Source: Chrysomallon squamiferum (lineage: Eukaryota; Animalia; Mollusca). Taken from it: DNA of 64,000 nucleotides. The DNA is taken from the NCBI GenBank assembly GCA_012295275.1, contig CM022672.1, positions 372,001 through 436,000 on the forward strand, given 5' to 3'. The position numbers and the translations under genes are program-made. Below are positions 1 through 11,900 of the stretch, piece by piece; position 1 is the first letter of the stretch; the number at the start of each line of letters is the position of its first letter. The notes below the pieces were generated by a model. It did no database searches. It was not told where the DNA came from and saw only the letters and a program-made list of their open reading frames with translations.

Positions 1-1103
1 AGATATGTTTTTGTACAAAACAATTACTGTTTCTATCAGCCTCTGTGGAGAACTGATCCTGAAACACATCACTCCTAAGTACCAGTAGCTAGACATTACT
101 TAATAACAAAAGTATAACTTAGCCATGTAAACTGATATTTGTTTATTTATATTTCCCTTATTTACAAAATAGAAATGTTAAAAAAAAAAAAAAAAAAAAA
201 AATTAAGTTTGAAGATGCAGTAAGTTTATAATGTTTAGATGTTTGTTTCTCTGTATCAAGTGATATCACAAACGTTTCTCTTGTCACACTTTATTATTAA
301 AAAACACTGGTTACTGCTAACAACAGATTACTCTTTAGGACAGATATATTCTAAATCTGGTACATTTAATTTTATAAAACTGAAACGTCATTGCAGACAT
401 GACATGTTACCAACAACAGACACAATTTTTTATCAAGGTTAGAAATGTAAATATTTTGTTTGAATTTATTATAAACGATTTGTAAAAAATTATTTGTTTT
501 TAAGATACATTTTTTTTAATAAAATAAAAAAAAAAACCACCCAAAAAACAACTAATACTAATAATGATAATGATAATGAATAACTAATTATTATCAATCA
601 TCCAACAACAGTTTGACTTATTTCTGTGTTCAATTTAAGTCACATTGTATTATATTTACTGGTAGTTTTATCTGTAAAGTTTAACTATTTCACTTATAAA
701 TAATTCTTTCTTTTCGAACCTAGTTTCACTCGGCTTTGCCAGTGAAGTTTACCGGCCCAGTCGCATAAATCTGATACATCAAATAGAGCAGGTACACTGA
801 AAAACACCTTTCAAATCAATACTCACATGTACTGCTTACACTAAAATCAATGTCTCACTCTTAACGTTCTCTGTGTCTATCTATATGATAGGTGCTGTCT
901 TGACTGTGGTGAAGTACATGTTACAGGAATGCTGAAGCAGGTTTCTTATTAAGCTTTAAAAATTATCAAATGTTCCACATAAAACAAAGATATTTAAATA
1001 ATGAAGCTGTGAATATGAATTCAGATTTTAAATTGTCTAGTTATTTTTAATTCTGGAATTAAATTTTTAAAGTGGCACTAAATTGGATCTTGTTACGGTA
1101 AAC

Positions 1104-1140
<37 letters not shown>

Positions 1141-1544
1141 AATAAATAAATAAATAAATTATCATTTTTTTTTTTTTTTTGATGTTTTAACACAATAATT
1201 GTGATTTTATAAATAAAAAGCTGTGATTTTGTGACAAATATATTTTGTATACATTGTAAATGTTGTTAAAATGGATCTATATGATCTTTTTACAGTGTTT
1301 CAAGAAATAAAGGCTAGAAATGTGCAGTGATTATTAATTTTGTTTACAACATCATTGATAGTCTTTATCTTTTTTCTTTTTTCATACAGAAAGCATTACT
1401 TCAAAATTGTTTAAAAATAACTACATTTAATTTATTAATACTTTTTTTTTTTTTTTTTTTTTTTAAGATATCAAATTATTTTATTATTTTTTTTTTGTAT
1501 TTTTCAAGAAATAAGTAACAGTAGATATTTTAAATTATTTTTCC

Positions 1545-1595
<51 letters not shown>

Positions 1596-2449
1596 CCCAA
1601 AAATAATAAAAAATAGAAATACAGACATACGTTTATATGCATTTTTGTAGAAATACCCAAGTTAATAGATGTATATTTATCAGTTTTAGAATTATTTATG
1701 TAATGCTTGTTTTCGTACTGTTTACGTAGTTTTTTGACCTTGACAATGTAAGATACAGTGTTTAATTCGCTCTTGTTGGTCTATGCGACTGGGCCTTATT
1801 CAGCTCTCTGACCTGTTACTGCCTGCAATGTAAGCTAACATTAGGGGTCGTCTCAAAACTCTGATAAAATACTCTTTTTTAATAATAATAATCATTTTAA
1901 AAATTCTTTTAAAAAAACAAGAAAGAAAAAATATTTTAAAATGTTTAACAGTTGTATTATATAAAAAATGTTTTAAATAATGTCATTAAACATATTTTTG
2001 GATTGGGTAATGTAGATTTTACATCAGAGAAAGTTTCATTGATTTTGTGATAGTTGGAGTTTAGTATACAATAATTGATCAGTGCTATGTAAATTGGTTG
2101 TCATGCCAACATTGAACATGCTGTTATTTATTATTCCTTAAAAACTTGTTAAAATAAAATGAAAATCTCACTTGTTTCTCCTTCACATCCTAAAACAACA
2201 ACAACAACAACTCAGATCTACATTGTCTCCGTCTGGTTTAATTAGACAAAAAAGAAACGAAAGAGAGACAGAGAATTAAAAGTATTAATAATAATAACAA
2301 GATATATAAATATATACATAAAACTTAATTAAATGTGGCAGAAAGAAGTATCCATTCCTGTAGAAATGTTATATCTTAATTCAACTGAAAGAATACTGTG
2401 AATATAAAGAATTATAACAATAAACATGATGCAGTTGTTACAGGATACT

Positions 2450-2730
2450 AGTCTGTATCTTGAAATGAATTGTCTGTGGTACAACCTGATACTGACAGTT
2501 AAAATGAGTTGCCTGTGTAGTACAACCTGACACCGACCGTTGAAATGAGTTGTTTGTGCTGACAGTGGAAATGAGTTGTCTGTATGATACAACCTGACAC
2601 CGACAGTTGAAATGAGTTGTTTGTGCTGACAGTGGAAATAAGTTGTCTGCATGATACAACCTGACACCAACAGTTGAAATGAGTTGTTTGTGCTGACAGT
2701 GGAAATGAGTTGTCTGTATGATACAAGCTG
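2450..2730. repeat. ~67-bp tandem minisatellite (about 4 copies, internal sub-repeat GACAGTtGAAATGAGTTGT)
   Basis: Unit ATACAACCTGACACCGACAGTTGAAATGAGTTGTTTGTGCTGACAGTGGAAATGAGTTGTCTGTATG recurs at ~67-bp spacing; accounts for the repetitive ORFs at 2329-2917. Confidence 0.9.
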
Positions 2731-2998
2731 TTGCTAACATTTGAAATATGTTAACTAAATTAATGCTTTGCATTTTAATAAAATGCATCATAAATATTAA
2801 AGTGATTTTGAAAAATAAACTCTTGAGACCTAGAATGGGAAGGTCATCATGACTTTTACCTTTAGAGAATATCAGTATAGTCTCTTGTGATTCTGTTATT
2901 TTTATTTTCTCACACATTTTCTTGTTTGCTTTAAGAAGTTATTGACAGTGTTCATGTTCCATTATTGACATGTTCTTGTTTGTGTTATTCTGTAACAG

Positions 2999-5900
2999 GG
3001 ACCAAAAAGAATAAAAATCATGGGAACAGTAAAGGTAATGTATGTATGGATAGAATAAAGGTCATGGTATGTACTGAGGGAACAATAAAGGTCATGTATA
3101 TACTGAGGGATCAATAAAGGTTGTGGTGTGTACTGAGGAAATAATAAAGGTTGTGTTATGTACTGAGGGAACAGTAAAGGTCATGTATGTACTAAGGGAA
3201 CACTAAAGGTCATGTATATACTGAAGGAACACTAAAGGTCGTGTATGTAAAAGATTCCTTGCTGCTATTCTCTTGTTATCCTACTGATGCATACACCAAA
3301 CACCATATAACCTACTTATAAAACAACTAAAAGGAAAAGTTAATTGACAATACATTTTTAGTAAGTCTATAGAAAAACACTGATTTTGTTTTTTGATTGT
3401 ATGAAATTTAAAAGTGACATATTTAGGTCATTCCGTATCTGTTAGATGTAGATTCTAAAGTTCTGTAAGTTAAAGAAAACTCAAATTTTTTGGTATAACA
3501 TTTATTGTACTGTGTTACAGAAATAATATTTACAAACTGACATAAGATTGGATAAACAATAATCAGTACAATTCTGGTGGTTTTCTTTTTTCTTTTTATT
3601 CTTTTTAATTTTTCTTATTATTAATTTTTAATTTCACTGGTGTTGCAAAATAGAGTTTGTCATGGTACAGATCAGTCTGAAACAAACTAAATCAAGACTA
3701 TCCGCCCGCATATAATTTTATATTTGTGACTGTATTAACAAATAAAATTGATTTATGCACTTTCTAATACATAATAAACTGAACAGTATATTCAGAAATA
3801 TTTTACGAAGTGATGTTTTTATGTGCAGTAATTGTTCAGTTTGTATTATGCACGAAAATGTAACCTCTGAGACGGGCCCCCGCACACTGTTATGTATTGG
3901 ACCAACCCTGCTCCTTCACAGTTGAATTACTTGGGCTGAGCTATAAATAGGTTGTGACTGCGGCTAGCACATGGGTTGTTGTGGCACTCTAAGCTTCGTT
4001 GGGCCGCCTCCTGGTTATGACAGAATGTCATACACACAGGAAACACATACACATTGTGTACACATCTAAACACAGCACATGGGTTGGTACAGCGACAGGG
4101 AGATTGTCGTTGTAGTAATCATGTAAAGATATTTCTCTGGTGCTGTTGTATTGGTGACAGATACCGTGCAGAACACAGTCTGTCCACACTTTAACTTTCC
4201 CTCGATAGACGGACATACGGAAAAGAAAATCTCTTTACCTGTTTGATATACATGATTTAACTTTATTTGTTGACAGTAGTGGTTGTGGTTTTGCTGACAG
4301 GCGTTTGTTATGAAACTGGAAGGTACAGTAATGAACATGAATGCAGATCCGTTCTATAACTCTCCCTTTTCTACCTACTACAGGCGACCCACTCCATACA
4401 TGGGACAGCCCGACTACCGCATATACGAACTGAACAAGAGACTACAGCAGAGAACAGAGGTAAGTTATTTAATTAAATATTGCCTTTTCAGTTCTGTCAT
4501 TTTATATTAGTTTTGACATCATTACACATAATGTGTAATGTTATGTTATTTGTATTGTCATCTCATGTTTTTGTGAAGTCAACACATTATTTGTATTGTA
4601 CCCAAGCTATGTGTAATGACATCTCTTAACTTTTTATAATATCATTTGAATATCTTCCTGTTTTGTTTGTAATGTCTTGTGTTCTTATATCTGTTTTATC
4701 ATTATTAATCAGCTATGTTATTTTTGGTTGTATTTAAAATGTTTGTGTTGTAAATTCAGTTCATTTGTTACATATATTGTTTCTGAGTTTATTCAGTTTT
4801 GGAAGCAAGTTTGAAGTATTTATATATATATATTTAGTCCTATAGTTATACTGTGTTTTACTATAAATGATATTTGAAAGTAATGTTTCTATGTAAATGA
4901 AAAAAAACCTCACTATTTAAATCTACATTAAGAAAAAGTATCATTAGTTACAGCTATGTTAATAAAACATTAACTTCAGTGTTGCCTTGACTTACGAATG
5001 CACCATCTTACGAGTTTTCTGAATTATGAGCAGTTGGCTGTTCAGTATTTTGCTTCGAGTTACATGCAAGCTTCAAATATGCCACCGCTAGTTGGCGCAA
5101 CAAACACACCACAGAATCCAGCATCTCACTCGTTTACTTCTCATGGTTACCTTGCTGCAGAAGCATCTCTGTTGTGGTGTGTTCATGTTTTGTGCAGTAT
5201 TTTACAAAATTTCTTTTTTCTTACCATGAATCCTAAGAAAATGAGTGCAAAGGACAGTGCTGAGAAGAAGAAGCAGATGATGTCCATTGAATAAAGCATG
5301 AAATCGTGGAAAAACATGAGCGAATAGTTGACTTGGCTAGGTAGTATGAGCTTAGTACTTGTACACTATGTTCCATACTGACGCAGAAGGAGTTGATAAA
5401 GGATGTATCTCCAGCCAAAGGCATTAAAATAATTTGTCTGATCTCCAACATAAATACACTTTACAAAACCAGTTTATTTCTTTACATTCTCTTTTATTTT
5501 ATTTTTATACAATATTTGTCATTTATAAAGATATTTTTCTTATTTAAAAACATGTTACAAAAACAATGGGATGGTTTTTAAGGGGCTGGAACAGATAAAT
5601 GGTATTTCAGTTAATTTCATTTGGGAAAACTGATTTGATATACAAGCAAATTGAGTTATGAGCTTGGTCAGAGAATGAATTAAACTCATAGGTCAAGGTA
5701 CCACTGTAGTTAAAGATGTATAAAATAAACTCGTCAATTAAACCTTCATGAATGATAAATTCACTAATTAAACCAGCTAGTCACCCTATATAACCAGTAT
5801 TTCTCAACCTGGTTTTCGCAATAGGTCCCTATCAGTTCCAAGAGAAAGAGTAAAATAAGTTAATGCACTTTTGAGTTATTTTTATTTAATTTCATATTTG

Positions 5901-8900
5901 TAATATTATGCACAGCATATTCTTGGGAAAACCTTTTGTTATTGTAATAAAGACTTCATCCTGTCTAACATATTGTTATTAGAAATGTCATTAGGAATAT
6001 AATTAGATTTTTAGTGATGTCAGAATGGCACCTTCACTAGTCAGAGCCCACTCAGGGGATGTGATGTGTACTTTATGTGACTGATTAGTATATGAATTTT
6101 ATTTACCAAAACCAATGAATCTGACAAAAAAAAGTACACATTTTTCCTAAAATCAGTTATTCAGAAAATAAATATATGATATTTGTTTACCACAGGAACT
6201 ACAATTAAAAAAATATGAGAAAGATATGGTATATCCTTAATTTATTTCAAGAGTTACACAAGGGTAAAAAGGTTGAGAAATGCTGAGCTAAACTGTATAA
6301 ATAATAAACTCACTAGTTAAACTATGTAAGTGATAAATCTAATGTAAAAGCTTGTGCTCTGTGTACTGTATGGAACTGGGCTGATGTTGTTAGGAAATCA
6401 ACAAGTGTGATAAAACTGGCAGTAAAAAATAAAGAGGGCAAAGGTTACAGGAGAGAGAATCTGGGAAAGTTTCAAATTCTCTGACTTATCTCTTGCTGTA
6501 TGTTTTTGCTGGATCAAGTCACTGACAACTCAGTTTACATCTGTTTTGAACCCTTTTATTTACATGACACAGGTATTGGTATAGCATGTGACATTAGAAC
6601 TGAATGAACTTTCTGACACTGAAAGTAAATGCAAACTGACACTTGTTTTGTGACAGAAAATAATTTGTTTATTATTTTCAAGTCCTGAATTGAAACTTCT
6701 GAAGTTCTGTTTAAGACAGATATCAGTTTACTAATAAACCTATTGCATCACTATTTAAAAAACAAGAGAAAAAAAAATAAAATTATATTGAAATGGATTC
6801 TGGTTGTTATTTTAATTTAGTTATTTAGAGGGCAAATTGTGGGGCATTGCCCATTTTACTGTTAAAAGCAATGTATGTTTTAATGTGAAATGTGGGTATA
6901 TCAATATTTAATTAGTTATTTCTGTATGCTATAAACAGACATTGGATTTTATTAAAAGTGAATTTCTGTTGTTGAACCACATCTATCTGAAACACAAGAC
7001 TCATCATATGTAACCATATTGTTCTTTCTAAACAGTTGTATCTGAACATGTAGAAAACCTTTTTTTTTAAATGTAATTTTAGCGTATTGTGATATTAACA
7101 AATTATTGGTGATATGACATAATATTGTTCTGTATTATTATACCTCACTATGGATTTTGTGTAATAATACTGCAAAAAGTACAATGTGTAGAGAAAATTC
7201 TGTGTACATTCTATAGAGAAATCTTAGTGTACAGAGAATGTAGAGAAATCTCAGTGTACAGTCTGTAAATAAATCTCAGTGTACTGACTAGAGAAAGCTG
7301 TGTACAGACTAAAAGAAATCTGTGTACAGACTGTAGAGAAATATCAGTGTACAGACTGTACAGAAATCTCAGTATACAATCTGTAGAGAAATCTCAATAT
7401 ACAGTCTGTATAGAAATCCCAGAGTACAGTCTGTATAGAAATCCCAGAGTACATACTAGAGAAATTTATATTGAGACTGTAGAGAAATCTCAATGTACAG
7501 TTTGTAGAGAAATCTCAGTGTATAGTCTGTGGAGAAATTTGTGTACAGACTGTAGTGAAAGCTCTGTGTACAGTCTGAAAAGAAATTTCAGTGTACAGAC
7601 TAGAGAAATCTGTGTACAATCTGTAGAGAAATCTCAGTATACAGTCTGTATAGAAATCCCAGAGTACAGACTAGAGAAATCTATATAAAGACTGTAGAGA
7701 AATCTCTGTACAGACTAGAGAAATCTCAGTGTACAGTTTGTAGAGAAATCTCAGTGTACAATCTAGAGAAATCTCAGTGTACAGAATAGAGAAATTCACT
7801 GTACAGACTGTAGAGAAATCTCAGTGTACAATCTATAGAGAAATCTCAGTGTACAGACTGTAGAAAAATCTCAGGGTACAGACTGTAGATAAATCTCAGT
7901 GTACAATCTATAGAGAAATCTCAGTGTACAGACTGTAGATAAATCTCAGTATACAATCTATAGAGAAATCTCTGTACAGACTAGAGAAATCTCAGTGAAC
8001 AATCTGTAGAGAAATCTCAGTGTACAGACTGTAGAGAAATCTCAGTATACAGGCTGTAGAAAAATCTCACTGTACAGGCTGTAGAAAAATCTCACTGTAC
8101 AGACTGTAGAGCAGTCTCAGTGTACAGACTAGAGAGATCTCAGTGTACAGAATGTAGAGAAATCTCAGTATACAGACTAGAGAAATCTCACTGTACAGAC
8201 TGTAGAGAAATGTCAGTGTACAGACTAGAGAAATCTCACTGTACAGTCTGCAGAGAAATCTCACTGTACAGGCTGTAGAAAAATCTCAGGGTACAGACTG
8301 TAGATAAATCTCAGTGTACAATCTATAGAGAAATCTCAGTGTACAGACTGTAGATAAATCTCAGTGTACAATCTATAGAGAAATCTCAGCGTACAGACAA
8401 GAGAAATCTCAGTGAACAATCTGTAGAGAAATCTCAGTGTACAGACTTTAGAGAAATCTCAGTATACAGGCTGTAGAAAAATCTCAGTATACAGGCTGTA
8501 GAAAAATTTCAGTGTACAATCTATAGAGAAATCTCAGTGTACAATCTATAGAGAAATCTCAGTGTACAGACTAGAGAAATCTCAGTGAACAATCTGTAGA
8601 GAAATCTCAGTGTACAGACTAGAGAGATCTCAGTGTACAGAATGTAGAGAAATCTCAGTATACAGACTAGAGAAATCTCACTGTACAGACTAGAGAAATA
8701 TATGTGCAGACTAGAAAAATATCTCTGTACAGTTTGTAGAGAAATCTCACTGTACAGACTGTAGAGAAATGTCAGTGTACAGTCTGTAGAGAAATCTCAC
8801 TGTACAGACTGTAGAGAAATGTCAGTGTACAGACTAGAGAAATCTCACTGTACAGATTAGAGAAATCTCACTGTACAGACTGTAGAGAAATGTCAGTGTA

Positions 8901-11900
8901 CAGACTGTAGAGAAATCTCACTGTACAGATTAGAGAAATCTCACTGTACAGACTAGAGAAATCTCACTGTACAGACTTGAGAAATCTCAGTGTACAGTCT
9001 GTAGAGAAATCTCACTGTACAGATTAGAGAATTCTCACTGTACAGACTAGAGAAATCTCACTGTACAGACTTGAGAAATCTCACTGTACAGTCTGTAGAG
9101 AAATCTCACTGTACAGACTAGAGAAATCTCACTGTACAGACTTGAGAAATCTCAGTGTACAGTCTGTTGAGAAATCTCACTGTACAGACTAGAGAAATCT
9201 CAGTGTAAATACCAAATACTGTATATTCACAAACTAAGACAAGCTTCACACAGATCAATCGATTGAATTATTTATTTCTGTGAACAACTCAGGACTCTTG
9301 TCAGAGGATCAAACCATCTCAGTGCTCATGTTGGAGTATTTCCTATACCAGACACTTCCTATACAAATCAGTTATCAAATTTGTAATGAAATCTTCTCTT
9401 TGTAAGTTGCCAATAGGTAGGTGTTGATATACTTTCTCTCATTTACATAAAAGTGTTGATATTTTGGTTGATTTGAACAAATAAATACATATCAAAACTT
9501 AAGCATATTTTTGTGTTATTTGCTGAAGCAGTCACATTTATAAAACAGTGTAATTTCTGGTTGTTAAAGTGTGTGAATTATAGCTAGGAAGAAAATGAGA
9601 TATGAAATACAGATTAGAAGATTTAAAACAAGAACATTTCCTCATGGCTAGTTGTTAACAGTGAGACATCCTGGTGCAAATCTCAAAACATTTGTCAGCC
9701 TTTTAGTTTCTTAAAATTACTGTACTTTATGCTGTCAGTTTTTTGTTATAGGTTCTTAAAACATCTTTATTCACAGTTAACAAAATCCACCATGATTTTC
9801 ATGAGTGAATTTTATCTGAGTTAACATACAGAATTTCATCATAATGTCCATTTTATAATTTTTTAAACCACAGTATCAGAACATTAGCCTTTTATGAAAC
9901 CACAGGACCAGTTTAACATGTAACATTGTTTTATTTTGTTTTTAACATATAAAATTGTTTTAGACATTTTAAACTCAGACCTTTGAGGATTTCAGATTGT
10001 GGCCCACAGCTAAATAGTGTCAGATTGAATTGGGTTTCCATGGAAACCCTTGGGATCAAATTTAATTTTTTTTTAAATCTTTAACTGATATGCACTGTTC
10101 AGATTGGGCTGGAGGTTGGACAGATTTGTTCAGTGATAAGAATTTGAGTGAGTTTATTGTGTGTTATTTGTGTTTTGAATTTGCAGTATGAGCTGGAAGT
10201 GATAAAATCAATATGGAGTCTGTACAAGACAACGTCTGTTGTCACCGTACGTAGATTGTCAATCAATATAAACTACACTGACCATTATTGATCTCCTCAT
10301 CATCATCGTCATCACAGCCTCCTCGACAGTTACACCACCACTCCCTGTCTGTCAGACTTAAATAACTCACAGTGCAGTAACTTGCTCACTATGAGTATAG
10401 ACTAAAATCACAGACTTAAATCCTATCTTATCTCACTCGTAAATTACTCTTCAAAACTCATCAATTAATACAGATATAAAATAATAATTCTCTCCGTTTA
10501 CTTCAAAAGAACAAAATCATAGTTATTTAGAAAATGTTCAATTGATTTTAAATAAATTTCAAAAGTGAAGTTATAATTTCTGTGAGACAAATTACTGAAG
10601 AGGTTATATATTTTAACTGAAAGTCTGATTTTAGTCAGTTTAAATATCAAACATTTTCTAGTTTTGTCAAGCCATTCTGATAAAGCTGTAAGCAATTTTA
10701 GAGAAAACTTTATTATTAATGTGTAGCGAAGCAAATCGGGTCAGATTAGAGATAGCAGATAGTCCAACTACTCAAAGTCACAACGTTTGTTTTCTTGTAC
10801 ATAGGTTTTGTTCTTTGTTTTTTCCACCATGTATTTATTACTTCATGTAATATGTAATGTTTTTGTTGTGTTTGCATTTCCCATCATGTTTTATTTCTGT
10901 CACATTTTATGTTGTTATTTCTAATGTAAAATTTAATGAGATATTTGTAAGAAGTTATTTATTATTTGTAAGATTTTTGTAAGATTATTGATATTTACAA
11001 AAAACAAAAGTTTGAAATGTATCTGTGATGTTATTTGTAATGTTTGTGTTGAACACTTGTAGTTTTCCAATTACTTCTTATCTGAAAACTAATCAGCACA
11101 AACAAGATTTTAAAACATCGAGTTGAGTGATACATTTAAAATTTGTTTTGATTTTCACCTCTACAACAAACCTTTTTTAAGTAAGCTATCTTGGTTCATT
11201 ATCAATAAGTTCATGTCTAGTAAACCTGTTTGAATAATGTTAGAGTTTTGTCATTTAAAAAAAACATTCTCTCCATGAAAACAAACATGAATAAATTCTA
11301 ATTTAAAATTTATGATAAACAGTGATTTTCTTTAAAACATAGAAATTTTAATTGTGTTACTGTGAATCAAATATTTGTCATAATCACAATATAACAACAA
11401 AATATAGTGACATTTAATTTTTATGATGAAGGATACACAAATTACATACCTTCTTGTCACTAGGCTGTATCAGAATAACAAATTCTTATTTACTGTACAA
11501 GTTACTTTAATCTCAGTATGAATTGACCGTATTTTATTAAATATGAAAATATACCAAAAAATATTTTTCATGTTTCAGGAAAGTGACAATCTTTGGTGGG
11601 ATGCTTTTGCCACAGAATTTTTTGAAGATGATGCTCAGTTGACCTTGACCTTTTGCCTTGAAGATGGCCCCAAGAGATACAGTAAGTATTGTGTTATCTG
11701 GTTTACATTTGTACTGAAAATTGTGAATAGTGTTATCTTGGTAGACTTGTAGCTTGGTTCTGTAGGTTACATGATAAAAATACCTCAGTTAATACTATTT
11801 CTTGTTCTAAGTAAAGCCTCTTGTATGAGCATCAAATGTAGTTTGTGTTTCTTTTTTGCAAAGATGTTTGTGAAAGATGATTACTACTTAATGACAGACA

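Noticed and set aside
2329-2917. Overlapping ORFs of 75-159 aa
   Set aside because: Products of a 67-bp minisatellite; no domain signal.
7180-9210. CRISPR-like appearance and ORFs in the palindromic array
   Set aside because: No unique spacers, no cas genes, eukaryotic intron; the ORFs are repeat translations.
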